Shown here: positions 21,959 through 30,828 of the stretch, piece after piece
Numbering within the stretch: position 1 is the stretch's first letter
Layout of the letters: every line of letters starts with the position of its first letter
Source of the DNA: Pseudonocardiaceae bacterium
GTDB lineage: Bacteria; Actinomycetota; Actinomycetes; Mycobacteriales; Pseudonocardiaceae
Reading direction: 5' to 3'
Assembly (NCBI GenBank): GCA_050699955.1
Contig: JBOHGD010000001.1
Location: 126,418-190,417, forward strand
Length of the DNA stretch: 64,000 nt
Notes under the pieces: model-generated
What the model saw: only the letters and a program-made list of their open reading frames with translations
What the model was told of the DNA's origin: nothing
Database searches by the model: none
Translations under genes and position numbers: made by a program

Positions 21959-22585
21959 GTGACGACATGCGAGCCGGGGCCCCCCGAGGGCGGCGGGCCC
22001 CGGCTCGCTGTTGTGTCGGGGCCCTCCGGGGTCGGCAAGTCCAGCGTCGTCGCCGAGGTCCGCCGACTTTGTCCGCAGCTTTTCGTCAGCGTCTCGGTGA
22101 CCACTCGATCGCCTCGCGAAGGGGAACGACCCGGCGAGGATTACCATTTCGTGGACGGCGCCACCTTCGCTGACCTGGTGCGCCGCGGGGAGCTGCTCGA
22201 ACACGCTCAGTACGCGGGCAACTCCTACGGCACACCGGCCGGGCCGGTGCGGGCGGCGCTGGCCGCCGGTCGGTCAGCTCTGCTGGAGATCGAGTTGCAG
22301 GGTGCCCGGCAGGTGCGGGCGGCGATGCCGGATGCAGTGCTGGTGATGCTGGTGCCGCCGTCCTGGGAGGAGCTGGGCGGGCGGCTGTCGCACCGCGGCA
22401 CCGAGAACCCCGCGGCACGGGAACGTCGCTTACAGGTTGCCCGCATCGAACTCGACGCCGCCGGCGAGTTCGATGCGGTGGTCGTGAACGACGATGTGCA
22501 CCGTGCCGCCAAGGAATTGATATCCTTAACGGTCGGCACGACTACCGGACACTTCCGGGCTCGCGTGACCCCGGCCGACCTCTGA
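21959..22585 (+). CDS. gmk: Guanylate kinase
   Basis: VVSGPSGVGKSSV...TTRSPREGE..G.DYHFV. Confidence 0.93.
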   Translation: MTTCEPGPPEGGGPRLAVVSGPSGVGKSSVVAEVRRLCPQLFVSVSVTTRSPREGERPGEDYHFVDGATFADLVRRGELLEHAQYAGNSYGTPAGPVRAALAAGRSALLEIELQGARQVRAAMPDAVLVMLVPPSWEELGGRLSHRGTENPAARERRLQVARIELDAAGEFDAVVVNDDVHRAAKELISLTVGTTTGHFRARVTPADL

Positions 22586-22604
22586 AGGCATCTGGAGCGA
22601 CTGA

Positions 22605-22895
22605 GTGAGCATTCCCGCCGAACTGGGCGCGCTGGGCGCGCCCTCGGTCATGGCCCCCGAGGGCATCACCAACCCTCCCATCGACGACCTGCTGAGCAAG
22701 GTCAGCTCGAAGTACGCGCTGGTCATCTTCGCAGCGAAGCGGGCTCGTCAGATCAACGACTACTACGCGCAGCTCGGAGAGGGCCTGCTGGAGTACGTCG
22801 GCCCGCTGGTCGAGCCCGGGCCGAGGGAGAAGCCGCTCTCGATCTCGCTGCGTGAGATCCACGCCGGGCTGCTCGAGCACACCGAGGGCGAGTGA
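22605..22895 (+). CDS. rpoZ: RNA polymerase omega subunit
   Basis: [20 protein letters not shown]. Confidence 0.93.
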   Translation: MSIPAELGALGAPSVMAPEGITNPPIDDLLSKVSSKYALVIFAAKRARQINDYYAQLGEGLLEYVGPLVEPGPREKPLSISLREIHAGLLEHTEGE

Positions 22896-24136
22896 CCCAC
22901 GCCGTCCCCGTCCCGCCGGGACAACTCCGACAGATCGTTCTCGGCGTCGGGGGCGGCATCGCCGCTTACAAAGCATGCGAGGTGCTGCGCCGGCTCACCG
23001 AGGCGGGCCATCAGGTCCGGGTCGTTCCCACCGAGGCGGCGCTGCAGTTCGTCGGCGCGGCCACCTGGGAGGCACTGTCCGGATCTGCGGTGCGCCATAG
23101 CGTCTTCGCTGATGTTCCCGACGTGCCGCACGTGCGGCTGGGCCAGACCGCCGATCTGGTGCTGGTCGTCCCGGCGACCGCGGACCTGCTGGCCCGCGCC
23201 GCGCACGGGCAGGCCGACGATCTGCTGACCGCCATGTTGCTGACCGTTCGCGGCCCGGTGCTCCTGGTTCCCGCGATGCACACCGAGATGTGGGAACACC
23301 CCGCGACGATGCACAACGTCGAGGTCCTGCGCTCCCGCGGAACCATCGTCGCCGAGCCGGCTCGCGGGCGGCTGACCGGTACCGACTCCGGAGTGGGCCG
23401 ACTGCCGGAGCCCGTGGAGATCGTCGATCTGGCCACTCTGTTGTTGCATCGCCATGATGCGCTTCCCCGAGATCTCGTCGGCCGGCATGTCGTGGTCTCC
23501 GCAGGAGGTACCCGGGAGCCGCTGGACCCGGTCCGTTTTCTGGGCAACCGGTCCTCGGGTCGGCAGGGTTATGCGCTCGCCCAGGTCGCGGCGCAGCGCG
23601 GGGCCCGGGTGACGCTGGTGGCGACGCATACCGCCGACCTGGCCGATCCGGCCGGGGCCGAGGTGGTCCGGGTGGGCACCGCGCAGCAGCTGGGGGAGAC
23701 CGTGCTCAAGGCCGCAGCGGAGGCCGACGCGGTGGTGATGGCGGCCGCCGTGGCGGACTTCCGCCCGACCAGCCCGCGACCGGACAAGATCAAGAAGTTC
23801 GGGTCGGAACCGGAGCCGATCTCGCTCACCGTCAATCCGGACGTCCTGGCCGAACTGGTGCTACGACGCCCGGAGGGCCAGATCGTCGTCGGTTTCGCGG
23901 CCGAGACCGGCGACGCCGACGGTGACGTGCTGGCGCACGCCCGGGCGAAGCTCGCCCGCAAGGGCTGCGATCTGCTGGTGGTCAATGCGGTCGGAGACGG
24001 CCGGGCCTTCGATGTCGAGCACAACTCAGGCTGGCTGCTCGGCGCCGACGGTGTGCAGACCGAGTTGCCCGACGGGCCCAAGGTTCTGCTGGCCGCGCGG
24101 GTGTGGGACGCGGTCAGCGCTCGGCTCAAGGGCTGA
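22892..24136 (+). CDS. coaBC: Bifunctional phosphopantothenoylcysteine decarboxylase / phosphopantothenate-cysteine ligase
   Basis: [18 protein letters not shown]...[13 protein letters not shown]...[25 protein letters not shown]. Confidence 0.95.
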   Translation: MTHAVPVPPGQLRQIVLGVGGGIAAYKACEVLRRLTEAGHQVRVVPTEAALQFVGAATWEALSGSAVRHSVFADVPDVPHVRLGQTADLVLVVPATADLLARAAHGQADDLLTAMLLTVRGPVLLVPAMHTEMWEHPATMHNVEVLRSRGTIVAEPARGRLTGTDSGVGRLPEPVEIVDLATLLLHRHDALPRDLVGRHVVVSAGGTREPLDPVRFLGNRSSGRQGYALAQVAAQRGARVTLVATHTADLADPAGAEVVRVGTAQQLGETVLKAAAEADAVVMAAAVADFRPTSPRPDKIKKFGSEPEPISLTVNPDVLAELVLRRPEGQIVVGFAAETGDADGDVLAHARAKLARKGCDLLVVNAVGDGRAFDVEHNSGWLLGADGVQTELPDGPKVLLAARVWDAVSARLKG

Positions 24137-24220
24137 GCCGGACCGTCGCCGATTCCCGGCGTGGCTGCCGCGGCCTCGGTAGGCTCCGATGAGCAGGTGT
24201 ACTCCAGTGAAAGGGAACCC

Positions 24221-25414
24221 GTGAGCTGTCGACTGTTCACCTCCGAGTCGGTTACCGAGGGGCACCCGGACAAGATGTGCGACGCGATCAGCGATTCGGT
24301 GCTGGACGCGTTGTTGGCCCAGGATCCCCGTAGCCGCGTCGCGGTGGAGACCATGGTCACCACCGGGCAGGTGCATGTCGCGGGAGAGGTCACTACGCGG
24401 GCCTACGCGGACATTCCCGGCATCGTGCGGGACACGGTGCTCGAGATCGGTTACGACTCCTCGGCCAAGGGGTTCGACGGGAACTCCTGCGGAGTGAGCG
24501 TCTCGATCGGTGCGCAGTCCCCGGACATCGGACAGGGTGTCGACCTCGGCTACGAGAGCCGGGTGGAGGGCTTCGGTGACGAGATCGGCCGGCAAGGCGC
24601 AGGTGACCAGGGGCTGATGTTCGGCTACGCCTGCACCGACACGCCGGAGCTGATGCCGCTGCCGATCGCGCTGGCACACCGGTTGGCTCTGCGGCTGACC
24701 GAGGTCCGCAAGCAGGGTGTGCTGCCCTACCTGCGGCCGGACGGCAAGACCCAGGTGACCATCGAGTACGCCGGTGACCAGGCGGTCAGACTGGACACAG
24801 TCGTCGTCTCCACGCAGCACGCCGCAGACATCGACCTGGAGCAGATGCTCGCTGTCGACGTGCGCGAGCAGGTGGTCGGACCGGAGATCGCCGGGCTGGA
24901 GCTGGATGTCTCCGACGTGCGGTTGCTGGTCAACCCTACCGGCCGGTTCGTCATCGGTGGCCCGATGGGGGATGCGGGCCTGACCGGCCGCAAGATCATC
25001 GTCGACACGTACGGCGGGATGGCCCGGCACGGCGGGGGCGCCTTCTCCGGTAAGGACCCGTCGAAGGTGGACCGTTCCGCGGCCTACGCGATGCGCTGGG
25101 TGGCCAAGAACGCGGTAGCCGCCGGGCTGGCCACTCGGATCGAGGTACAGGTGGCCTACGCGATCGGCAAGGCCTCGCCGGTGGGGCTGTTCGTGGAGAC
25201 CTTCGGCACCGAGACGGTGGACCCGATGAAGATCCAGGCTGCCATCAACGAAGTGTTCGACTTGCGGCCGGGCGCGTTGATCCGGGACCTGGACCTGCTG
25301 CGACCGATCTACGCGCGGACCGCTGCCTACGGTCATTTCGGCCGGACGGACCTGGACCTGCCGTGGGAGCACACCGACCGCGCCGACGCGCTGAAGGCCG
25401 CGGCTGGAGCCTGA
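24221..25414 (+). CDS. metK: S-adenosylmethionine synthase
   Basis: [22 protein letters not shown]...[12 protein letters not shown]...[19 protein letters not shown]. Confidence 0.97.
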   Translation: MSCRLFTSESVTEGHPDKMCDAISDSVLDALLAQDPRSRVAVETMVTTGQVHVAGEVTTRAYADIPGIVRDTVLEIGYDSSAKGFDGNSCGVSVSIGAQSPDIGQGVDLGYESRVEGFGDEIGRQGAGDQGLMFGYACTDTPELMPLPIALAHRLALRLTEVRKQGVLPYLRPDGKTQVTIEYAGDQAVRLDTVVVSTQHAADIDLEQMLAVDVREQVVGPEIAGLELDVSDVRLLVNPTGRFVIGGPMGDAGLTGRKIIVDTYGGMARHGGGAFSGKDPSKVDRSAAYAMRWVAKNAVAAGLATRIEVQVAYAIGKASPVGLFVETFGTETVDPMKIQAAINEVFDLRPGALIRDLDLLRPIYARTAAYGHFGRTDLDLPWEHTDRADALKAAAGA

Positions 25415-25496
25415 CTGGGCACGGGCGGCGCTTCTCCGATTGGTATCACCTTCCCGCGAGGAGCGGTGCTCACAATGCAACAGGAGACCACGCACG

Positions 25497-26336
25497 GTGT
25501 CCGAGAATCGCGAACCTGCAGAGCCTACTTCCGGCAGAGGTCGCCTCAGCCTTCGAGCTGACTGCGAGCGCTGCTTCGCGCTGTGCTGTGTCGCCCCGGC
25601 TTTCTCAGCCTCGGCAGACTTCGCGATCGACAAGGACGCCGGGCAAGCCTGTCCCAATCTGCGATCGGACTTCCGCTGCGGCATTCACGCACGCCTCAGG
25701 CAGCAGGGCTTTCCGGGTTGCACCGTGTACGACTGCTTCGGCGCGGGGCAAAAGGTCTCCCAGGTCACCTTCGGCGGACGGGATTGGCGGCGGGCTCCGC
25801 GAACCGCACAGCAGATGTTCGAGGTGTTCCCGATCATGCGGCAACTCCATGAGCTGCTCTGGTATCTGACCGAAGCGCTGACGCTGCCACCAGCCCGCCC
25901 GCTGCACGGTGAGCTCACTCGCGCGCTCGACGAGACCGAGCGCCTCACGCACAGCAGTCCCGGCTCTCTCCTGGAACTGGACATGGCGGCACACCGACGA
26001 GACCTCAATGCCCTACTGCTACGCACGAGCGAACTCGTGCGAGCCGAAGTCCGGCACCAGAAGAAGGATCACAGAGGCACTGACCTCATCGGGGCCGACC
26101 TCAGAGGCGCTGACCTCAGAGGCGCCAACTTGAGGGGGGCATACCTCATTGGGGCCGACCTCAGCGGCGCTGATCTGAGAGTGGCCGACCTTATCGGGGC
26201 CGACTTCAGAGATGCAGATCTCAGAGCTGCCGACCTCACCGAGAGTATCTTCCTCATCCAGTCCCAGCTCGATGCGGCGAAGGGCGATACCGACACGAAG
26301 TTACCGCCGTCGCTCACTCGCCCGACGCATTGGTAG
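25497..26336 (+). CDS. Pentapeptide-repeat protein with an N-terminal Cys-rich (CxxCxxxCC, UPF0153-like) domain
   Basis: The N-terminal domain reads [12 protein letters not shown]...CPNL...FRCGIH...[12 protein letters not shown]. The C-terminal repeats read [49 protein letters not shown]. The start was chosen at GTG 25497, downstream of AGGAGA. TTG 25440 is also possible. Confidence 0.8.
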   Translation: MSENREPAEPTSGRGRLSLRADCERCFALCCVAPAFSASADFAIDKDAGQACPNLRSDFRCGIHARLRQQGFPGCTVYDCFGAGQKVSQVTFGGRDWRRAPRTAQQMFEVFPIMRQLHELLWYLTEALTLPPARPLHGELTRALDETERLTHSSPGSLLELDMAAHRRDLNALLLRTSELVRAEVRHQKKDHRGTDLIGADLRGADLRGANLRGAYLIGADLSGADLRVADLIGADFRDADLRAADLTESIFLIQSQLDAAKGDTDTKLPPSLTRPTHW

Positions 26337-26613
26337 CCACCGCGGTTCGCGATCGGTCAGCGGGTCCACCTGCCTACTGAGCGGGTCGGCCGGGTCACCG
26401 AACTCGCCGCGGCCGAGCAGTACTGTTGCGCCTTTTTCGACTTCAACCTTCGGCTGACCGGAGGATGCCTGCAGCTCGAGATCCGCGCCCGGGCCAACGC
26501 TGCATCGCTGTTGGCCGACGTGTTCGGTACTGCCGACTGATCTCCCGCCCGCCGGCCCGGTACCGGCCCGACCGGTTCGACGTGAGGGGTGCCCTGATCT
26601 GCCTTGCCCGGGA

Positions 26614-27084
26614 TTACCTTCCCGCGAGTATCGCTTTCGCCAAGCGAGTGACCCGAGTTGCACGTTGTGCCGGGGTGGGCTGGCGGATTGTGAGGGGTCG
26701 CTGCTGCTCGCCTGGGACGTGCAGTGCCGACGGAGCCGGGAAGGTCCGGGTGGGCGCGCCGGGATGAGCCGGGTGCACCAGGTGTAGCAGGGCTCGCAGC
26801 GTCGGTTCGGCGGGCCCCTCGTAGGCCCATACCGCCAGCTGCGGGGCGAAGACGTCGACCGGCTTCGGAACCCGCGCCGCCGTGATCCGCTCGTAGGTGC
26901 GGATGGTGACCAGGTCGACGTAGCCCGGCCATTCGTAGTACGCCAGCAGTGCCGCCGGGTTGTCGCGGGGTCCGCAGCAGTAGCGGATGAACCCCTCCTC
27001 GACGAGATCACGGTGCAGCTGCTCCAGCTGCGGTGTCATCAGCGCACCGGCGTCCGCGCCGCGGCTGAGTTCGCTACGGATCAC
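26614..27084 (-). CDS. Hypothetical protein (156 aa), no family recognised
   Basis: Third-position G+C is high over the first ~110 codons. The sequence looks natural (LVEEGFIRYCCGPRDNPAALLAYYEWPGYVDLVTIRTYERI...LAVWAYEGPAEPTLRALLHLVHPAHPGAP). The last ~25 codons lose codon bias, so the 3' end is uncertain. Confidence 0.5.
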   Translation of the reverse strand: MIRSELSRGADAGALMTPQLEQLHRDLVEEGFIRYCCGPRDNPAALLAYYEWPGYVDLVTIRTYERITAARVPKPVDVFAPQLAVWAYEGPAEPTLRALLHLVHPAHPGAPTRTFPAPSALHVPGEQQRPLTIRQPTPAQRATRVTRLAKAILAGR

Positions 27085-27120
27085 GACCTGCCGATCTCGC
27101 GGAGGTTGCTGAACGGGTCC

Positions 27121-27519
27121 TCACCGGTCTTCATTGGATAACCCCAACGGGGTGAACGGTGCCGTGTCCGGACCGCCCTCGGCCGACGGCGCGACTCGGC
27201 GGATCACCGCGACCCACCGTGACGGGCGCTGCGCCAGCACGACCTTCTCGCGTCTCTCGCGGTCCAGCCGCTTCGCAATCTCCTGTACTGACACGGCCGA
27301 CACGATCGCCCGGCCGGTCGGCGCATGCCGGGGCCGCCGAGTGGCGCGCCCCGGTGCCGCCCGAATGCCGCCGGTTTGGCGCCGTTCGCGCCAGACGGTG
27401 ACACCCCACCACCCGAACAGGACGGCATCCACTGCCCACACCACGCCGAGCGCGAGCAGGAACCAGGGGGATTCCGACCCCGGCAGGCAGTTCCCGGCCG
27501 CGCACCCCGGCCGCGACAC
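27121..27519 (-). CDS. Small membrane-anchored hypothetical protein
   Basis: The per-position G+C pattern supports this frame over the two overlapping ORFs. One TM segment (WFLLALGVVWAVDAVLFGWWGVTVW) is followed by a basic cytoplasmic tail. Confidence 0.5.
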   Translation of the reverse strand: MSRPGCAAGNCLPGSESPWFLLALGVVWAVDAVLFGWWGVTVWRERRQTGGIRAAPGRATRRPRHAPTGRAIVSAVSVQEIAKRLDRERREKVVLAQRPSRWVAVIRRVAPSAEGGPDTAPFTPLGLSNEDR

Positions 27520-27829
27520 ACGCGTTCACCGCGCGACCGGCCAGGCCCGCACCACGGCACCGACCGCGGAGTCCCGGATCGCCGTCCAGTCCACGCCTGC
27601 TGGGTTCGTCCTCGTAACAGCGCTCATGTGATCTCCCCGTGTTGTGGTCGCCCGTGGCGCGACCGAGGGGCGTTCATGAGCCGCGCCACGGGCCTGACCG
27701 TGATCACAGCGGCAGTGCTGGACCAGCTCCACCAGGTGGTGCGGTAGCGCGGGCAACGGTGGAGTTTGCAGGTGACGGGTGGTAACGGGCCGCTCCCGTT
27801 CTGTCAGTGGGTGCCGCTACGGTGATCCA

Positions 27830-29287
27830 ATGACAACCAAGGGGAGTCGAGCGGAGTGCCCAGAGTGCGGGGCGCGGCTGCGCCGAGGCCAGCCGGTCGG
27901 CGCGGTGTGTGATCCCTGCCTGCGTAAAGGTCCCCGGTTCGCCCTGCCCCCCGGCTTCTATGACGCGCAGCCCGTGGCGGCCGCGTTGGCGGTGTACGAC
28001 TTCGGCACCGTGTTTCTGGCGATCCGAGCTGAGCAGCGCTGGTCCCAGGAACGGCTTGGTGAGTTCGTCGGCATCGACCAGGCCCGGATCTCCGAGATCG
28101 AGCGTGGCGTGCGGCAACTGCGCGACGTGCGTCTGGTGGCGAAACTCGCCGCCAAGTGCGCGATCCCAGCGGTCAAACTCGGGTTCAGCGCGGTTACCGT
28201 GGGCGGTGGGGCCAACGGGAAGGGCAGTTGGGTGGAACGCAGAGACTTCATTCAGCGAGTGGCTGGCATGACCCTCGGCTTCGGCACGGCAGGGATCGAC
28301 CTCGACCGGCTCAACGCTCTGCTACCGCAGGCCGATCCCACCGGGACCCGCCATGTTGGTGTATCCGATGTGGAGGCCATCGAGCAGGCCACCGCCGCGT
28401 TCCGGAAGCTCGACAGCGTGCACGGCGGTGGAGTGCCCCGAGCCGCGGCGATCGCCCAGCTCCAGTCCACGCTCCCGCTGCTGGGTGCCGAGAGCACACC
28501 GGACGTGCGATCCCGACTGCTCGTCGCGGTCGGCAACCTCGCGATGCAAGCCGGATGGATGAGCCACGACGTGCAGGACCACGACGCCGCACACAGGCTG
28601 TGGCTGATCGGCTTGGAACTCGCCCGCGAAACCGACGACCCGCGTGGCCCGGACCTGATCGTGTGCATGTTGATGGACATGACCGCCCAGGCACTGGCAC
28701 TGGGCCGACCGGACGAGGCCAAGCGGCTGGTGCAGCTCGGCCACGCCACCGTCGCCGACGGAGCGCACCCGGTGGCGGCGTCGACGCACAGCTTCCTGGC
28801 GCACAACCAGGCCCGGACGCACGCCGCACAGGGCGACGTGGCCGCCTGTGAGCGCGCGCTCGGGCAGGTGGTGGAGCGGTTCGGTGTCGCCGACCCGGAC
28901 ACCGCCGCTCCGTGGGCCGCGGCGATCGACCCGTCGGCACTCGAAGGCTGGCAGGGTTGGGCCCGCTACGAGCTGGCCGCCGTCACTCGCGACCCCCGCA
29001 TCGCCAGCCAGGCGGTGCCCCTGCTGCGGCACGTCATCAGCCACTTCCCCGCCAGCCACGCCCGGACCCGGGCGCTGAACATGACCGAGCTCACCGGGGC
29101 GCACGCGCTCGCCGGGGACGCGGACACGGCCGTGAGCGTCGGCCACCAGGCCATCGACGCCGGGATGGGCCTGTCTTCCCAGCGCATCCGCATCGGGCTG
29201 CGTGCGCTCCACGGCGTGCTGGAGCCGATGCACACCAGTGCAGGAGTCGCTGAGCTGCGCGAACGCCTCGCCGCCACTGCGGCGTAG
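27830..29287 (+). CDS. XRE-family HTH regulator with an N-terminal Zn-ribbon-like CxxC...CxxC and a long helical (TPR-like) C-terminal domain
   Basis: The Zn-ribbon-like motif is CPECGARLRRGQPVGAVCDPC. The HTH is RWSQERLGEFVGIDQARISEIERGVRQL. A ~330-aa Ala/Leu-rich helical repeat region follows. Confidence 0.8.
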   Translation: MTTKGSRAECPECGARLRRGQPVGAVCDPCLRKGPRFALPPGFYDAQPVAAALAVYDFGTVFLAIRAEQRWSQERLGEFVGIDQARISEIERGVRQLRDVRLVAKLAAKCAIPAVKLGFSAVTVGGGANGKGSWVERRDFIQRVAGMTLGFGTAGIDLDRLNALLPQADPTGTRHVGVSDVEAIEQATAAFRKLDSVHGGGVPRAAAIAQLQSTLPLLGAESTPDVRSRLLVAVGNLAMQAGWMSHDVQDHDAAHRLWLIGLELARETDDPRGPDLIVCMLMDMTAQALALGRPDEAKRLVQLGHATVADGAHPVAASTHSFLAHNQARTHAAQGDVAACERALGQVVERFGVADPDTAAPWAAAIDPSALEGWQGWARYELAAVTRDPRIASQAVPLLRHVISHFPASHARTRALNMTELTGAHALAGDADTAVSVGHQAIDAGMGLSSQRIRIGLRALHGVLEPMHTSAGVAELRERLAATAA

Positions 29288-29527
29288 CTATCCCCACTAT
29301 TCGAGCGGTCGCGAGGAGTCGGCGGCATAGACCTGGCGCGAAAGTGTCCCTCTACCACACGAAGACGCATTCGGGAAGGGCACCCGGCGATAGCCGTATC
29401 GCAGTAAGTTACGAGCGTGCGGTGCGATCGGGTACGAGCGACACGCTGCGGCTGGCGTTACCGATGGCCGCTACCGCTGCCTGAGAGAGGAAGCACGGCA
29501 GGGTGTTGAGGAAGGGGGGTGGGATCG

Positions 29528-29854
29528 ATGGCTCGGTATCGGGGTGATCCGTTGGCATCGGTGGCGGCGCGGTTCCCGCTGTCGACCTCGCCGTTCGCGG
29601 TGACTCCCGACGGTGGTGCGCCGTCGGGCCCGGTGACCCGGCCGTGGGGGCTGCGGTGGTTGCGGCCCATTCCGGTCGGTGTTGCACCGGCTTACCGGTA
29701 TTGCCCGATACGTCAGGTGGCCGTGGCTGCGGATGGCAGTGGGCTGCGGTGGATGGACAGCGAGGGGCAGCAGTGGTCCTCCATTGCCGAGCGCGATGGC
29801 GACGAGGGGCCTTCAGAGGATTATGGCTGGGATACCAGCGGGGACGTGAGTTGA
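29528..29854 (+). CDS. Candidate RiPP (graspetide) precursor peptide, 108 aa
   Basis: GAGGAAGGGGGG lies 9 nt upstream of ATG 29528. The stop overlaps the ATP-grasp start (TGATG). There are no enzyme motifs. The C-terminal 37 aa (GLRWMDSEGQQWSSIAERDGDEGPSEDYGWDTSGDVS) has 10 Asp/Glu, 7 Ser/Thr and one Asp-Gly. Confidence 0.7.
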   Translation: MARYRGDPLASVAARFPLSTSPFAVTPDGGAPSGPVTRPWGLRWLRPIPVGVAPAYRYCPIRQVAVAADGSGLRWMDSEGQQWSSIAERDGDEGPSEDYGWDTSGDVS

Positions 29855-30828
29855 TGACGGTCCTGGTGCTGGCCCAGGAGCTGGATCGTGCTGTCGACGG
29901 CGTGGTGAGCGCGCTGGCCGATCTTGATGTACCGGTATTCCGGGCCGATTGTTCCTGGTTCCCGCAGCGACTCACGCTGGATGCAGAACTGGATGATGGG
30001 CGCTGGCGGGGTTATCTGGCCACCGCGCATCGGCGGCTGGAGCTGGCCGACGTGCGCTCGATCTGGTACCACTCGCCGTCGCCGTTCGTGTTCCCAGCCG
30101 GGATGTCGCAGGCCGAACAGCGCCACGCCGAGCAGGAGGCCCGGATCGGGCTCGGTGGTGTGCTGACGTCGCTTCCCGTGTTGCAGGTCAACCACCCGCA
30201 CCGGGTAGCCGCCGCCACCAAGCCGTGGCAGCTCACCGTGGCCGCCGCCTGCGGGCTGCCGGTTCCGGGCACGCGGATCGTCAACCGCGCGGAGGCCGCC
30301 CGCGAGTTCGTCGCGGGGGCCGGTGGTGAGGTGGTGAGCAAGCTGTTCGCCAACCGGGTCGACGAGGAGGGTCGCGCGAAAGTCGGGCACACCCACCTGC
30401 TCACCGCGGCCGACCTGGCTGATCTGCGGGGCATTGACACCACGGCTCATGTCCTGCAGCGATTTGTGGACAAGCATTACGACCTGAGAGTTGTGGCCGC
30501 CGGCGAGCGACTCTTTCCGGTCGCCATGTACCCGACCAGCGCCGCCGCGCGGATCGACTTCCGCAGTGACTACCGGGCGCTGCGGCATGAGGTGGTCGAG
30601 CTGCCGCCCGCGGTCGCGGCGGGGGTGCGGGCACTGATGGCCGAGTTGGGTCTGGTGTTCGGCTGCCTGGATTTCGTGGTTGATCACTCGGGGGTTCATC
30701 ACTACCTGGAGGTCAATCCTGGTGGTGTCTACGGGTGGCTGGAGGCACTCGCCGGGGTACCGATCACCGAGGCGCTGGCTGAGCTACTCGCCCAGCCGGT
30801 GACCGCAGCTAGCCGGGCGCCGGCCTGA
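29854..30828 (+). CDS. ATP-grasp ribosomal-peptide maturase (omega-ester/graspetide macrocyclase)
   Basis: RimK/MdnC-like ATP-grasp. The N-terminal region reads MTVLVLAQELDRAVDGVVSALADLDVPVFRAD. Other segments are KPWQLTVAAACGLPVPGT, EVVSKLF, HVLQRFVDKHYDLRVVAAGERLF and GCLDFVV...YLEVNPGG. Single-nucleotide overlaps with both neighbouring genes. Confidence 0.85.
   Translation: MTVLVLAQELDRAVDGVVSALADLDVPVFRADCSWFPQRLTLDAELDDGRWRGYLATAHRRLELADVRSIWYHSPSPFVFPAGMSQAEQRHAEQEARIGLGGVLTSLPVLQVNHPHRVAAATKPWQLTVAAACGLPVPGTRIVNRAEAAREFVAGAGGEVVSKLFANRVDEEGRAKVGHTHLLTAADLADLRGIDTTAHVLQRFVDKHYDLRVVAAGERLFPVAMYPTSAAARIDFRSDYRALRHEVVELPPAVAAGVRALMAELGLVFGCLDFVVDHSGVHHYLEVNPGGVYGWLEALAGVPITEALAELLAQPVTAASRAPA

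Noticed and set aside
26070-26270. Highly repetitive DNA (GGGGCCGACCTCAG-like units) that could be mistaken for a CRISPR or other non-coding array
   Set aside because: The period is 15 nt with no spacers. It lies inside a clear ORF and translates to canonical pentapeptide repeats ([14 protein letters not shown]...).
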